Source: Armatimonadota bacterium (GTDB lineage: Bacteria > Armatimonadota > Fimbriimonadia > Fimbriimonadales > Fimbriimonadaceae). Taken from it: DNA of 64,000 nucleotides. The position numbers and the translations under genes are program-made. Below the pieces are notes generated by a model, which saw only the letters and a list, made by a program, of their open reading frames with translations, was not told the DNA's origin and did no database searches. Location of the stretch: the NCBI GenBank assembly GCA_020438215.1, contig JAGQUX010000004.1, positions 4,636 through 68,635 of the forward strand, given 5' to 3'. Each line of letters begins with the position of its first letter. The stretch's first letter is position 1. Below are positions 46,842 to 56,001 of the stretch, one piece after another.

Positions 46842-49369
46842 TGTTGTCCACGGTTCTGGCCGCCGCACTCATTGCCGCCCCCGATCCGTGGACAACCCTT
46901 TGGTTTGACCAGCCCGTATCCAATCGGGCGAACTGGGTAGAAGCTTTTCCGATTGGGAATGGTCGCCTGGGGGCAATGGCGTTCGGAGGAGTTGGGAAAG
47001 AACAAATTCTTCTCAATGAAAACACAATCTGGGAACGCGGGAATCCCCAGCCGCAACCAGAGAATTCCGCCGAAGTGATCGCGAATGCGCGCAAACTCGC
47101 CTTCGCGGGAAAGCTCAGGGAGGCGGAGCAAGCCCTCAAGCCGATCATGACCCAGCATCAGGACATCAGCTATCAACCGGCAGGTTGGCTGACGTTCACC
47201 GATTCTGATTACTCTCCCTTCAAGCTCGATTTGACCGATTGGTTCCAAGTCAAAGAAGGCCAAGAAGTTCCCATTGAAAGGCCATTTTTCAACCTAGAGC
47301 CTAACCAGACCGTCGAGTTCGTTGCGAAGTTTGAGCTCACTGAACAACAAGCCAAAGGGATCAACCGCATCCACTTCTCCCCGATTGATGACGAATCCGT
47401 CATCACGCTGAATGGTAAGGAGATCGGGCGCACAACGGATTGGAGCAAAGAGCATGACTTTTCAATTCAAGCTCAGCCGGGCGCAAACACGCTTCATCTC
47501 ATGGTCAAAAACGTAGGCGGAGTGGGGCACGGCCCTGCTTCGGTCACGTTATCTGGCGAACCTACTGCGCAGAACTATCGCCGATCCCTAGATATGCAAA
47601 CGGGGATCAGCACCACAACTTTTGAGCAAAACGGTTTCCAATACGGACAAGAAGTTTTTGCGAGCCAACCCGCGCAGGTCATAGTGATTCGGAAGTGGAC
47701 AAACAATCCGGATGGGCTCAACTTCCGAGTGGGATATGAATCTGAGCTTGCCGAATTCAAATGGGAATCGGGTGCCTTGGTCGCGCAAACCAAACCTGAT
47801 CGGCAAGGCACTCAGTATCGAACTGTCGTTCAGCCAAACGCGGCAAATGGAGCCCCTGCTCCCAACCATTTCCGGGGGATGCGCGAGGTTGTTTTCTTTG
47901 TCACTATTGAGACGGACTACCGCACAAGTAGAGCGAATTTAGATCAGGCGCAAGTGCAGACACAAAAAGCTAAAGCACTTGGCTACGAAAAACTCAAACA
48001 AGCCGCAATCGAAGACCACCAAGCACTTTATGATCGTTGCCGCCTCAAGATCGGAACCGAAGCAGAAGCACTCAAAAAGCAGGAGCTTCCCCTCGATCAG
48101 CGGATTGCGAACTACAAAGCCAAGCCGGACGATCAAGCACTGGAAGGAATGCTTTTTGAGTACGGTCGCTACCTCCTTATTGCATCCAGCCGCCCCGGTG
48201 GGCTCCCCGCAAACCTCCAAGGACTCTGGAATCCCCACATGAAGGCACCTTGGAATAGCGATTACCACACCAACATCAATTTGCAGATGAACTACTGGCC
48301 CGCCGAAGTCACCGGGCTGGGTGATTTACATCAGCCGCTTTTTGATTGGTTGAAAATGGTTGCCGATGGTGAGGGCAAGCGGATGGCCAAGAACCTGGGG
48401 AGCAACGGATTTGCCATCGCTCATACATCCGATGCCTGGGGATGGGCCAGCACTAACGGTCAGCCAGTATGGGGGATGTGGGTGATGGGAGGTGCATGGA
48501 CGTCCAATCACCTGATGGAGCACTACCGCTTCACCGAAGACAAAAAATTCCTCCGTGAGCAAGCCTATCCCTTGCTCAAATCTTCTGCAGAATTCCTGCT
48601 GGATTGGCTGACTCTTGACCCGAAAAGCGGCAAGCTCGTGTCTGGGCCGACAACTTCTCCCGAGAACACCTACATCGTAGATGGGAAGCGAATAGCAGTC
48701 AGCATGGGGCCGGCGATGGATCAGTACATCGCCTACGAAAACTTCTCGAATGTGATTGAGGCGGCAAAAGCACTCAGGATTGATGATGATTTCACTCAGC
48801 AAGTCTGGAAAGCCAGAGCCCAACTCAAAATGCCCGAAATCGGCTCCGACGGACGACTGATGGAGTGGAGTGAGGCGTATCAAGAGGCTGAACCAGGGCA
48901 TCGTCACATGAGTCATGTCTACGGACTTCATCCGAGTAATCAGATCACTCCGAGCGACAAGGCACTCTACAACGCGATTCGGAAATCGGTCGAGTATCGG
49001 CTGTCTCATGGAGGCGGGCACACCGGCTGGTCACGAGCTTGGATTATCAATATCTGGGCTCGCCTCCACGATGGTGAAAGGGCGCACGAAAATGTTCAAG
49101 CTCTGCTTCAAAAATCAATCGTGGGGGCACTGATGGATAACCATCCCCCCTTCCAGATTGATGGCAACTTTGGCTACACCGCCGGGATCGCCGAGATGCT
49201 CATTCAATCGCACGAGGTGGATTCCAACGGCAAGCCGATCATCCGGATTGCACCAGCCGTGCCCAAAGCTTGGCAGAACCTAGAAATCACTGGGCTCAGA
49301 TTACGCGGAGGCGGTTCCGTAGATATTTCGATCAAAGATGGCAAGGTCAGCCACACCATCCACCGATAA
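46841..49369 (+). CDS. GH95 alpha-L-fucosidase with an inserted beta-sandwich module
   Basis: PIGNGRLGAM, YGRYLLIASSRPG, YHTNINLQMNYWP, SPEN, HRHMSH, GWSRAW, FQIDGNFG. Confidence 0.93.
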   Translation: MLSTVLAAALIAAPDPWTTLWFDQPVSNRANWVEAFPIGNGRLGAMAFGGVGKEQILLNENTIWERGNPQPQPENSAEVIANARKLAFAGKLREAEQALKPIMTQHQDISYQPAGWLTFTDSDYSPFKLDLTDWFQVKEGQEVPIERPFFNLEPNQTVEFVAKFELTEQQAKGINRIHFSPIDDESVITLNGKEIGRTTDWSKEHDFSIQAQPGANTLHLMVKNVGGVGHGPASVTLSGEPTAQNYRRSLDMQTGISTTTFEQNGFQYGQEVFASQPAQVIVIRKWTNNPDGLNFRVGYESELAEFKWESGALVAQTKPDRQGTQYRTVVQPNAANGAPAPNHFRGMREVVFFVTIETDYRTSRANLDQAQVQTQKAKALGYEKLKQAAIEDHQALYDRCRLKIGTEAEALKKQELPLDQRIANYKAKPDDQALEGMLFEYGRYLLIASSRPGGLPANLQGLWNPHMKAPWNSDYHTNINLQMNYWPAEVTGLGDLHQPLFDWLKMVADGEGKRMAKNLGSNGFAIAHTSDAWGWASTNGQPVWGMWVMGGAWTSNHLMEHYRFTEDKKFLREQAYPLLKSSAEFLLDWLTLDPKSGKLVSGPTTSPENTYIVDGKRIAVSMGPAMDQYIAYENFSNVIEAAKALRIDDDFTQQVWKARAQLKMPEIGSDGRLMEWSEAYQEAEPGHRHMSHVYGLHPSNQITPSDKALYNAIRKSVEYRLSHGGGHTGWSRAWIINIWARLHDGERAHENVQALLQKSIVGALMDNHPPFQIDGNFGYTAGIAEMLIQSHEVDSNGKPIIRIAPAVPKAWQNLEITGLRLRGGGSVDISIKDGKVSHTIHR

Positions 49370-49426
49370 CCCAAGTGGGCGAACAAGTGATTGGTAAACT
49401 GGTTTCGCCCATCAAGAGGAAATCGT

Positions 49427-50437
49427 ATGGCAGTCAAAGTTGGAATTAATGGTTTTGGACGAATCGGCCGATTGTCGCTTCGCACACTTCTCTCCCGCTA
49501 CCCGGGTGAAGTCGATGTTGTCGCAATCAATGACCTGACAGATACGGGAACCAATGCCCATCTGTTCAAATACGACACGGTTTATGGCCCGTTCGATGGC
49601 AATGTTTCCAGCGATGAATCTTCCATCACTGTGAATGGTGATCGTTTCCAAGTTTTTGCTGAGCGCGATCCCGCCGCGATCCCCTGGGGTGATCTCGGCG
49701 TAGATATCGTCATCGAATCCACCGGGATCTTCACCGACGCCACCAAGGCAAAAGCTCACCGCGACGCTGGGGCAAAGAAGGTCATTATCTCCGCTCCCGC
49801 AAAGAACGAAGATGTCACTCTGGTTCTCGGTGTCAACGACGAAATGTACGATGCGGCGAATCACCACATCGTGAGTAACGCTAGCTGCACAACGAACGGT
49901 CTGGCTCCGGTGGCGAAAGTGCTCCACGAAACTTTCGGGATCGAGCGCGGGCTACTCACCACGGTTCACGCATACACAAACAGCCAAGCGATTGTTGACA
50001 CAGCCAAGAAAGGTGTTCGTGATAGTCGCGCTGGCGCAGAAAACGTTGTTCCGGCAAGCACTGGTGCCGCAAAAGCTGTCGGTCTCGTGATTCCCGAGCT
50101 TCAAGGCAAGTTCACCGGCATGGCGTTCCGCGTTCCGGTTCCTACCGTGAGCGTCGTGGACTTCACTGCGGTCCTCGCCAAAGCCGCCAGCCCAGATGAC
50201 ATCAATGCAGCAATGAAGAAGGCAGCCGATGGCCCGATGAAAGGCATTCTCCGCTACTCAGATGAAGAGCTCGTGAGTAGCGACCTGCGCGGTGACACTC
50301 ATAGTTCCATCTTTAGCGCGGTGGATACCGTCACAATTGATAACCTCGTCAAAGCTGTGTCTTGGTACGACAACGAGTGGGGCTACTCCTGCCGCATCGC
50401 TGATCTCGTCAAATTCATGGCCGACAAAGGCCTCTAA
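49427..50437 (+). CDS. gap: Glyceraldehyde-3-phosphate dehydrogenase
   Basis: GINGFGRIGR, SNASCTTN, WYDNEWGY; AGAGGA RBS. Confidence 0.98.
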   Translation: MAVKVGINGFGRIGRLSLRTLLSRYPGEVDVVAINDLTDTGTNAHLFKYDTVYGPFDGNVSSDESSITVNGDRFQVFAERDPAAIPWGDLGVDIVIESTGIFTDATKAKAHRDAGAKKVIISAPAKNEDVTLVLGVNDEMYDAANHHIVSNASCTTNGLAPVAKVLHETFGIERGLLTTVHAYTNSQAIVDTAKKGVRDSRAGAENVVPASTGAAKAVGLVIPELQGKFTGMAFRVPVPTVSVVDFTAVLAKAASPDDINAAMKKAADGPMKGILRYSDEELVSSDLRGDTHSSIFSAVDTVTIDNLVKAVSWYDNEWGYSCRIADLVKFMADKGL

Positions 50438-50454
50438 GCCGAAACCCAACGCGG

Positions 50455-50922
50455 ATGCCCTTCGAAAACAGTGATATGGACGAAAAAATCGAAGGGCGTC
50501 CTCCTGCCTCTAAAAGCCTGGAGGCAGAACTCACTCGCGGCTGTTTCCAGATCATTCTGATCAGTTTGGGAGTCTTCTTTTTCTTCGTCTGGCCGTTCAT
50601 CATCTTCCAAGATACGCATACAATGGCAGGGCTGACAAAGGCACTTCTTGTTGGGCCGCTCGTATCGATCCTTGCCGGGGCGGGCATCTGCTACGGACTC
50701 AAAACAGCAGGAGCTACCGGTTACTTGGGAGGAATTTTCGCCTCGTGCATCTTCCTCTTCCTACGAATGCAGCAGATCATGCTGGGAGAAGGTCAAGAAG
50801 GCGTTGCTCAACCCGAATATCCCGGCTACGTGGTATTTGCGCTTCCCCTCGCAATCGTGGCGTTGGCGTTTGCGATTGCTCTCATCTTCACACGAGTTGA
50901 AAAAGAATCTACCGGCTCATAA
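50455..50922 (+). CDS. Hypothetical membrane protein
   Basis: Four hydrophobic segments; fills the gap between gap and fliS. Confidence 0.7.
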   Translation: MPFENSDMDEKIEGRPPASKSLEAELTRGCFQIILISLGVFFFFVWPFIIFQDTHTMAGLTKALLVGPLVSILAGAGICYGLKTAGATGYLGGIFASCIFLFLRMQQIMLGEGQEGVAQPEYPGYVVFALPLAIVALAFAIALIFTRVEKESTGS

Positions 50923-50947
50923 GGAACTGAGTTCAAACCTCCGACAA
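50920..50947 (+). promoter_or_regulatory. Candidate sigma28 (FliA/SigD) promoter
   Basis: TAAG-N16-TCCGACAA versus consensus TAAA-N15/16-GCCGATAA, upstream of fliS. Confidence 0.4.
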
Positions 50948-50993
50948 TTCTCCTTGGACTAAGTCTGTTTTTCAGTTGAGGAGTTTTGGGTCG

Positions 50994-51407
50994 TTGAGTT
51001 ACGGAAAGGCGTCAGTCGAACAATATCGAAAAAGTGCGGTGAATTCCGCATCTCCTTTGCAGCTTGTGGTGATGCTGTACGATGGAGCACTCCGCTTTAT
51101 GGAAGCCGCCAAGCACAATATCGAGCAAGGCGAGCTTTACAAGCAAAACGAGAACTGCAAAAAAGCGCAGAATATCATCTCTGAGCTAATGTCCACTCTC
51201 AATATGGAGCAGGGCGGCGAGATCGCTCAGAACCTGTTTAGCCTTTACACTTTCGCCTACGATAAGCTAATCGAAGGCAACATCAACGACAACCCCAAAT
51301 CAATTTCTGAGGCAATGGAAGTCATGAGTCAACTCCGCGAAAGCTGGGTTCAACTCGAGAAAATGACCGCCCAATCTGGCGCAAGTGAGGTTCAACATGC
51401 CGCATAG
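50994..51407 (+). CDS. fliS: Flagellar export chaperone FliS
   Basis: ASPLQLVVMLYDGALRF, AQNIISEL, NLFSLY, LRESW; TTG start after GAGGAG. Confidence 0.95.
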   Translation: MSYGKASVEQYRKSAVNSASPLQLVVMLYDGALRFMEAAKHNIEQGELYKQNENCKKAQNIISELMSTLNMEQGGEIAQNLFSLYTFAYDKLIEGNINDNPKSISEAMEVMSQLRESWVQLEKMTAQSGASEVQHAA

Positions 51408-51735
51408 CAAAACTAAGATTCAACCAGCGATCGAACGGTTTCTTATCCTCTCGCTGGAGCTCAAACAAGCTTGTCACAGCACTGAGCCCGAGGCTCTCAC
51501 ACAGCTTTTGGATCAACGCCAAGACGCCTTGGATGCTATTGACGGTGAAAACCTTTCATCTGAAGAAGTGGAAGCTTTACGCACCGCCCAACAGGCAGAA
51601 CACGAAGCGAGAGCGGTTCTGGCTCAGCGCAGATCTGAGCTTGTTCAAGGCTTAGTCAAGCGGCAGAAAGAGAAAGTCGGTCAGTTGGAATACGCAAAAC
51701 CCCGGCTAGATCGAGCTTACGACCTCGCTGGATAA
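51397..51735 (+). CDS. Hypothetical helical protein, FliT-like by position
   Basis: Overlaps the fliS stop; LTQLLDQRQDALDAI resembles FliT helices. Confidence 0.5.
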   Translation: MPHSKTKIQPAIERFLILSLELKQACHSTEPEALTQLLDQRQDALDAIDGENLSSEEVEALRTAQQAEHEARAVLAQRRSELVQGLVKRQKEKVGQLEYAKPRLDRAYDLAG

Positions 51736-51736
51736 G

Positions 51737-51770
51737 AAAAAGCCTCTCGGAAATCCGAGAGGCTTTTTTT
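51737..51770. terminator. Bidirectional intrinsic terminator
   Basis: AAAAAGCCTCTCGG-aaat-CCGAGAGGCTTTTT. Confidence 0.92.
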
Positions 51771-51790
51771 TGTCCATGCAGGCTTCGGCG

Positions 51791-53644
51791 TTAGCCGCCG
51801 AGTAGTTCGAGCTTCGCCATGTCTGTCTTCAAAGTGTAAGGAGCGGGAACCCCACCACGTCGTCGCACAGATTGAATAGTAAAGACTCTGACCTTGACTC
51901 CCATGCCAGGAGAACTAATGAAGTCTGTCGCACCCTTTCGAGTCTTGAACGAGAACTCAGTATTCGGGCCACCCAAATTTGTGGATGTTTGATACTCCCA
52001 GGCGTTAGTTACATAGTTGAAGAAGTAGATGTAAACCGCAGTCGGCAGCCCATCTGTCGTTCCTTCCAAACTGAGTTGCATCGTCTCCACGTCAGTCGTC
52101 GTTCCAGCTACAAATGTCATGTCGTACGCAGCATAGAAGCCACGATCGGGCACAAGCACCGAAAGGATGTCATATGAGTTACTATCACCAGATACGTGGA
52201 AACTATAGAAGTTTCCGCCAGTGTTAGATCCAATCACTGGAACAACATTGTTCACGTTAGATGTGCCAATTACTTGACCGGCAATAGCGTTCGCGAGGTT
52301 GACGCGTCCGCCAGGAACCTTACCAACAATGCCCGCTGGCTTATCGGTGACGTCGAGAATGATATCCAGTGACTCTCGGGCGGTCTTGCCCGGATTCAAG
52401 GAGCGAATCACACCAATGACACCTGCCATGTGAGGAGTTGCCATCGAAGTTCCAGAAATCGAAGCATAGTTGTTGTTCGGGAAGGTGCTCAGAATGTCTG
52501 AGCCAGGAGCAGCGACTTCAATCAATGTTCCCCAGTTGGAGAATCCCGAAACAGTATCATTCCGCGTCGAACTCGCAACGAACACAACGTTATCGTGCAT
52601 TTGTCGCAGAGCTTGGCGAGGTGGGTTTTGCTGACCGTTATTTCCTGCCGAGTTACAGTAGACAACGTCGGCTGCCTTTGCGCGCCCAACAGCATCTGCC
52701 ATTGCTTGCGTAAAACCGTCAATGTTGTAGCTGACACTTAGTACTGTCGCGCCATTTTCCCAGCCGTAGTCAATTGCAGCGGTGAGAGAGGACATGAATC
52801 CACCCGCGCCACCGTACATGCGGAGTCCCATCAAGCGGATGTTCGGGCCGACGCCGGCAACGCCCTTGCCGTTGTTCATTTCAGCACCTACGGTGCCTGC
52901 AACGTGAGTTCCATGAATATCGCCCGGTGCAGGTTGAATGTCCTTGTCACCATCGCTAAAATCCCATCCATTTGTATCGTCGATAAAGCCGTTCGCGTCA
53001 TCGTCGATGTTGTTATTCGGAATTTCGCCTGGATTTGACCACATCACGTTCATCAAATCTTCGTGGTTGTAGTCAAAACCGTCATCGCAAACGCCGACGA
53101 CAACTTCCGGGTGGGTCATGATTACATCCCAAGCTTCCGGTGCATCAATATCGGCATCAGCGGTTCCGCCTGACTGACCAGTATTGTGCATCCCCCATTG
53201 CTGACCAAACAGTGTGTCGTCAGGGATAAAGTCGGGAGTGATCTTCGTATCAAACTCCGCAAATCTGATCGCTGGATTTTCCAGCAAACGCGCAACGGCT
53301 TTTTCGACCGTCATTCCCATGCTTTCTGCTTCAGGTGTGATATCCATGATCACAAATCGGTCATATCGATTGGCTTGCCGAATAGTCAGACCAACTTGAT
53401 TCGCCGCGTATTGCATGGTCGCATAGTGAGTATTTGCATAAAAACCGACAACGACGTGATCGCTTGCATACTGAGTTCCAGCCGGAAGTGCAAACGGGTT
53501 CATCACCCCGGGTCGCAGCTGTACTTGCCCAACAGTTTTCACGAAAGTGGATTGCGCAAAAGCTTGAGTTCCCAACAGAACAACTACCGCAGTGGCGGCA
53601 AGCCCTCGAACAAATCCTAAAGATTTGATATCTCGCATAATCAT
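51791..53644 (-). CDS. Secreted S8 (subtilisin-like) serine peptidase with C-terminal accessory domain
   Basis: Signal peptide, propeptide, triad VCDDG / HGTHVAG / GTSMATP. Confidence 0.93.
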   Translation of the reverse strand: MIMRDIKSLGFVRGLAATAVVVLLGTQAFAQSTFVKTVGQVQLRPGVMNPFALPAGTQYASDHVVVGFYANTHYATMQYAANQVGLTIRQANRYDRFVIMDITPEAESMGMTVEKAVARLLENPAIRFAEFDTKITPDFIPDDTLFGQQWGMHNTGQSGGTADADIDAPEAWDVIMTHPEVVVGVCDDGFDYNHEDLMNVMWSNPGEIPNNNIDDDANGFIDDTNGWDFSDGDKDIQPAPGDIHGTHVAGTVGAEMNNGKGVAGVGPNIRLMGLRMYGGAGGFMSSLTAAIDYGWENGATVLSVSYNIDGFTQAMADAVGRAKAADVVYCNSAGNNGQQNPPRQALRQMHDNVVFVASSTRNDTVSGFSNWGTLIEVAAPGSDILSTFPNNNYASISGTSMATPHMAGVIGVIRSLNPGKTARESLDIILDVTDKPAGIVGKVPGGRVNLANAIAGQVIGTSNVNNVVPVIGSNTGGNFYSFHVSGDSNSYDILSVLVPDRGFYAAYDMTFVAGTTTDVETMQLSLEGTTDGLPTAVYIYFFNYVTNAWEYQTSTNLGGPNTEFSFKTRKGATDFISSPGMGVKVRVFTIQSVRRRGGVPAPYTLKTDMAKLELLGG

Positions 53645-53693
53645 CTACCTGGACGCACCCAAAAAGCGTCCAAGTTCAATGGTACCTACAATG

Positions 53694-53715
53694 TTTAGGT
53701 TCAATTCAACCTAAA
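53694..53715. promoter_or_regulatory. Palindromic operator-like site upstream of the S8 peptidase
   Basis: TTTAGGTT-caattc-AACCTAAA. Confidence 0.45.
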
Positions 53716-53756
53716 TCAGGAATACAAATTGAATCTACTTTTGAACCAGCAAATTT

Positions 53757-53796
53757 ACAGAAAAGAGTGGCTTGCACTTTCGTGCAAGCCACTCTT
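53757..53796 (-). terminator. Terminator after the 677-aa secreted protein
   Basis: 15-bp perfect stem AAGAGTGGCTTGCAC-tttc-GTGCAAGCCACTCTT with a T-rich tail on the minus strand. Confidence 0.85.
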
Positions 53797-53817
53797 CATG
53801 TCGGACTGAGATCCTGG

Positions 53818-55851
53818 TTAGTTAGACATGAACTGCAAGTTCGCAAAGTCAGATTGCAGATCATACGGAAGTGGCGAACCACCTCGTCGTCGAATCGGTT
53901 GCAATGAGAACACGCGAACCTGGACATTATTGGAACCATCAATAAAGTCGGAAGCACCAGCTCGAGAAAGGAAGGATAGCTCAGTTTGAGCTGTTCCAAA
54001 CGTTCCAGAACCCATGTACTCCCATGCATTGGTGTTGAAGTTCCAAATGTAGACGTAACCCGCAACAGCCGAAGTCGTCGACTGTGCACTTACTGTTGCG
54101 CGAATACGGTTTGAAGTTGAACTCGGAGCAACAAAGGTCATGTCATACGCCGCATAGAATCCACGATTCGGTACGAGAACTGAAGTCACGTCATAAGTCG
54201 AGGAATCAAGAGCAGCAAAGTCCGCTACGGAGCCACCAGAAACGGAACCGATCACTGGAGTCACGGAAGTTGGTGCAACATCATTAGAGCCACCGCCAAC
54301 GCCGCCTTGGAATTGCCAAGTGACGATATCGGTTGTCCAAGTGAACGAGCTGATCGCTGTATTACAGGTTCCAAAGAATCGTGTGTGATCGTTTGGATCT
54401 GGCACTACGGAAGCATAGTCACCCCATCGCAAAGAGAAGCCAAAACCAGCATAGTTAGGAGATGACGCCAATTTAAAGGGTACGGACATTTGACCAAGCG
54501 GATCCGTTGCCTTGCGGCTCGACACTACAATAGATGGCGATTCGGATTGGCTCGATGCTGTTGCAATAACGGAAATTGTGCCTTGTTGGTTAATCGCAAT
54601 AGAAGGCATATAAATGCTTCGACCTGACTGTGTAGCTTGTATTACACCAGATTGAACCAACGTCGGTGATCCTGAGACAGGCCAATCACTTGGGTCAAAT
54701 TCCCACCAACCAACACGAGCGGCACCACCAGGGCCATCGCCAATGCTCATTGCCGCGACAATTTTGTTGTCGGAGACAGCGGAGCAAAGCACTCGGTCGC
54801 CAATCGTATCGCGAAAATCTCCCACTGCGTTTGCTAAAGGAGCGTTGGAATAAGCTGGAACTGCAATATTCGTTTGACTCAGAACCTTGTTCGGGCCAAC
54901 GCGTCGAATGCGAGTCAATCGCATTGTCGAGTTATTGACTTTACCGATGGCAAAAATGCTGCCTCCAGTATCACCAAAAACTCGGCTCATTTGAAGGGTA
55001 AACCCGTTCGGGAAGAATGAGCTGAGATTCAGATCCGCACCCGTCGCTGCTTCAGCAACATCGAACGCAATGACCATGGCAAAGACGCCACCATTAGCAA
55101 AGGGGAACATATTGAATGAGCAAGCCATCATGTCGCCATTCGATGTGATTGACGGATAGTCGCCCCAGTGCAGATCTCCACCAACACTGACGGTATTTTC
55201 AATCTTATAGGTGTACCAAAGTCCATTTGGATCATCGTCGTCAGAAACGGAGATGAAGAAATACGACTCGAAGGTATCGAAATCAACGTCGAGGACGATG
55301 GTTACAAACCGCTTGGCAACTGGATCGTATACAACCTTCGGGTCGAATACAAAGTTTCCAGCGAGTCCAGCATAGAAGCCGGAATTGTCAAAGTTCTGTT
55401 CGAACTGGATATTCCCCAACTTGTCGTACCAAGCAATCTTGGTATTGACTACCTGAAGAACATGGTTTGGGCCAACCGCAAGGTGCGGGTCTGGCGGGGT
55501 CAAACCAGTAAATCCAATGCCAGGAAACTTTGCGCCAGCCTTGTTATTATTCGGAAGGATGGAATCACCCATGCGAAGGTTGTTCGGCGGGCCAATAAGG
55601 AATCCGTTTGGATCTTTCGGGTTTTCTGGCTTCAAATTCTTGCGCCCAGCAGTTCTATTGACCTGCGGGAAGAATTTTCGGCTATCGGTGATTACTGGCT
55701 TTACGGGAGCACTGCTTACCAACTGCTTTTGGGTGTTGGTATTGCTTCCCGGTTCCGGAGTTTGCGCAATCGCAACGGATGCACAAACTGCCAATGATGC
55801 GGCGAGAAGTCCGCGCCATGAGCCAGCCATTTTCTGTCTCAACGTATTCAT
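53818..55851 (-). CDS. Secreted protein of unknown function (probable beta-propeller) with C-terminal accessory domain
   Basis: Signal peptide; PPDPHLAVGP, FDPKVVYD, WGDYPSI, RWGDYASVVPDP. Confidence 0.8.
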   Translation of the reverse strand: MNTLRQKMAGSWRGLLAASLAVCASVAIAQTPEPGSNTNTQKQLVSSAPVKPVITDSRKFFPQVNRTAGRKNLKPENPKDPNGFLIGPPNNLRMGDSILPNNNKAGAKFPGIGFTGLTPPDPHLAVGPNHVLQVVNTKIAWYDKLGNIQFEQNFDNSGFYAGLAGNFVFDPKVVYDPVAKRFVTIVLDVDFDTFESYFFISVSDDDDPNGLWYTYKIENTVSVGGDLHWGDYPSITSNGDMMACSFNMFPFANGGVFAMVIAFDVAEAATGADLNLSSFFPNGFTLQMSRVFGDTGGSIFAIGKVNNSTMRLTRIRRVGPNKVLSQTNIAVPAYSNAPLANAVGDFRDTIGDRVLCSAVSDNKIVAAMSIGDGPGGAARVGWWEFDPSDWPVSGSPTLVQSGVIQATQSGRSIYMPSIAINQQGTISVIATASSQSESPSIVVSSRKATDPLGQMSVPFKLASSPNYAGFGFSLRWGDYASVVPDPNDHTRFFGTCNTAISSFTWTTDIVTWQFQGGVGGGSNDVAPTSVTPVIGSVSGGSVADFAALDSSTYDVTSVLVPNRGFYAAYDMTFVAPSSTSNRIRATVSAQSTTSAVAGYVYIWNFNTNAWEYMGSGTFGTAQTELSFLSRAGASDFIDGSNNVQVRVFSLQPIRRRGGSPLPYDLQSDFANLQFMSN

Positions 55852-56001
55852 AACTGTATGGATCCTCAGTTAAAAAAGCCGGGTTTGAACCTGAAAAACA
55901 GTAGTGCTATATATATTGAGGCACAATCCCAGCAATTTTCACTTATTCTAGCATGACAAGGGGCTCAGGTTGCAACGTTCACAGAAAAGTACAATGAAAT
56001 T

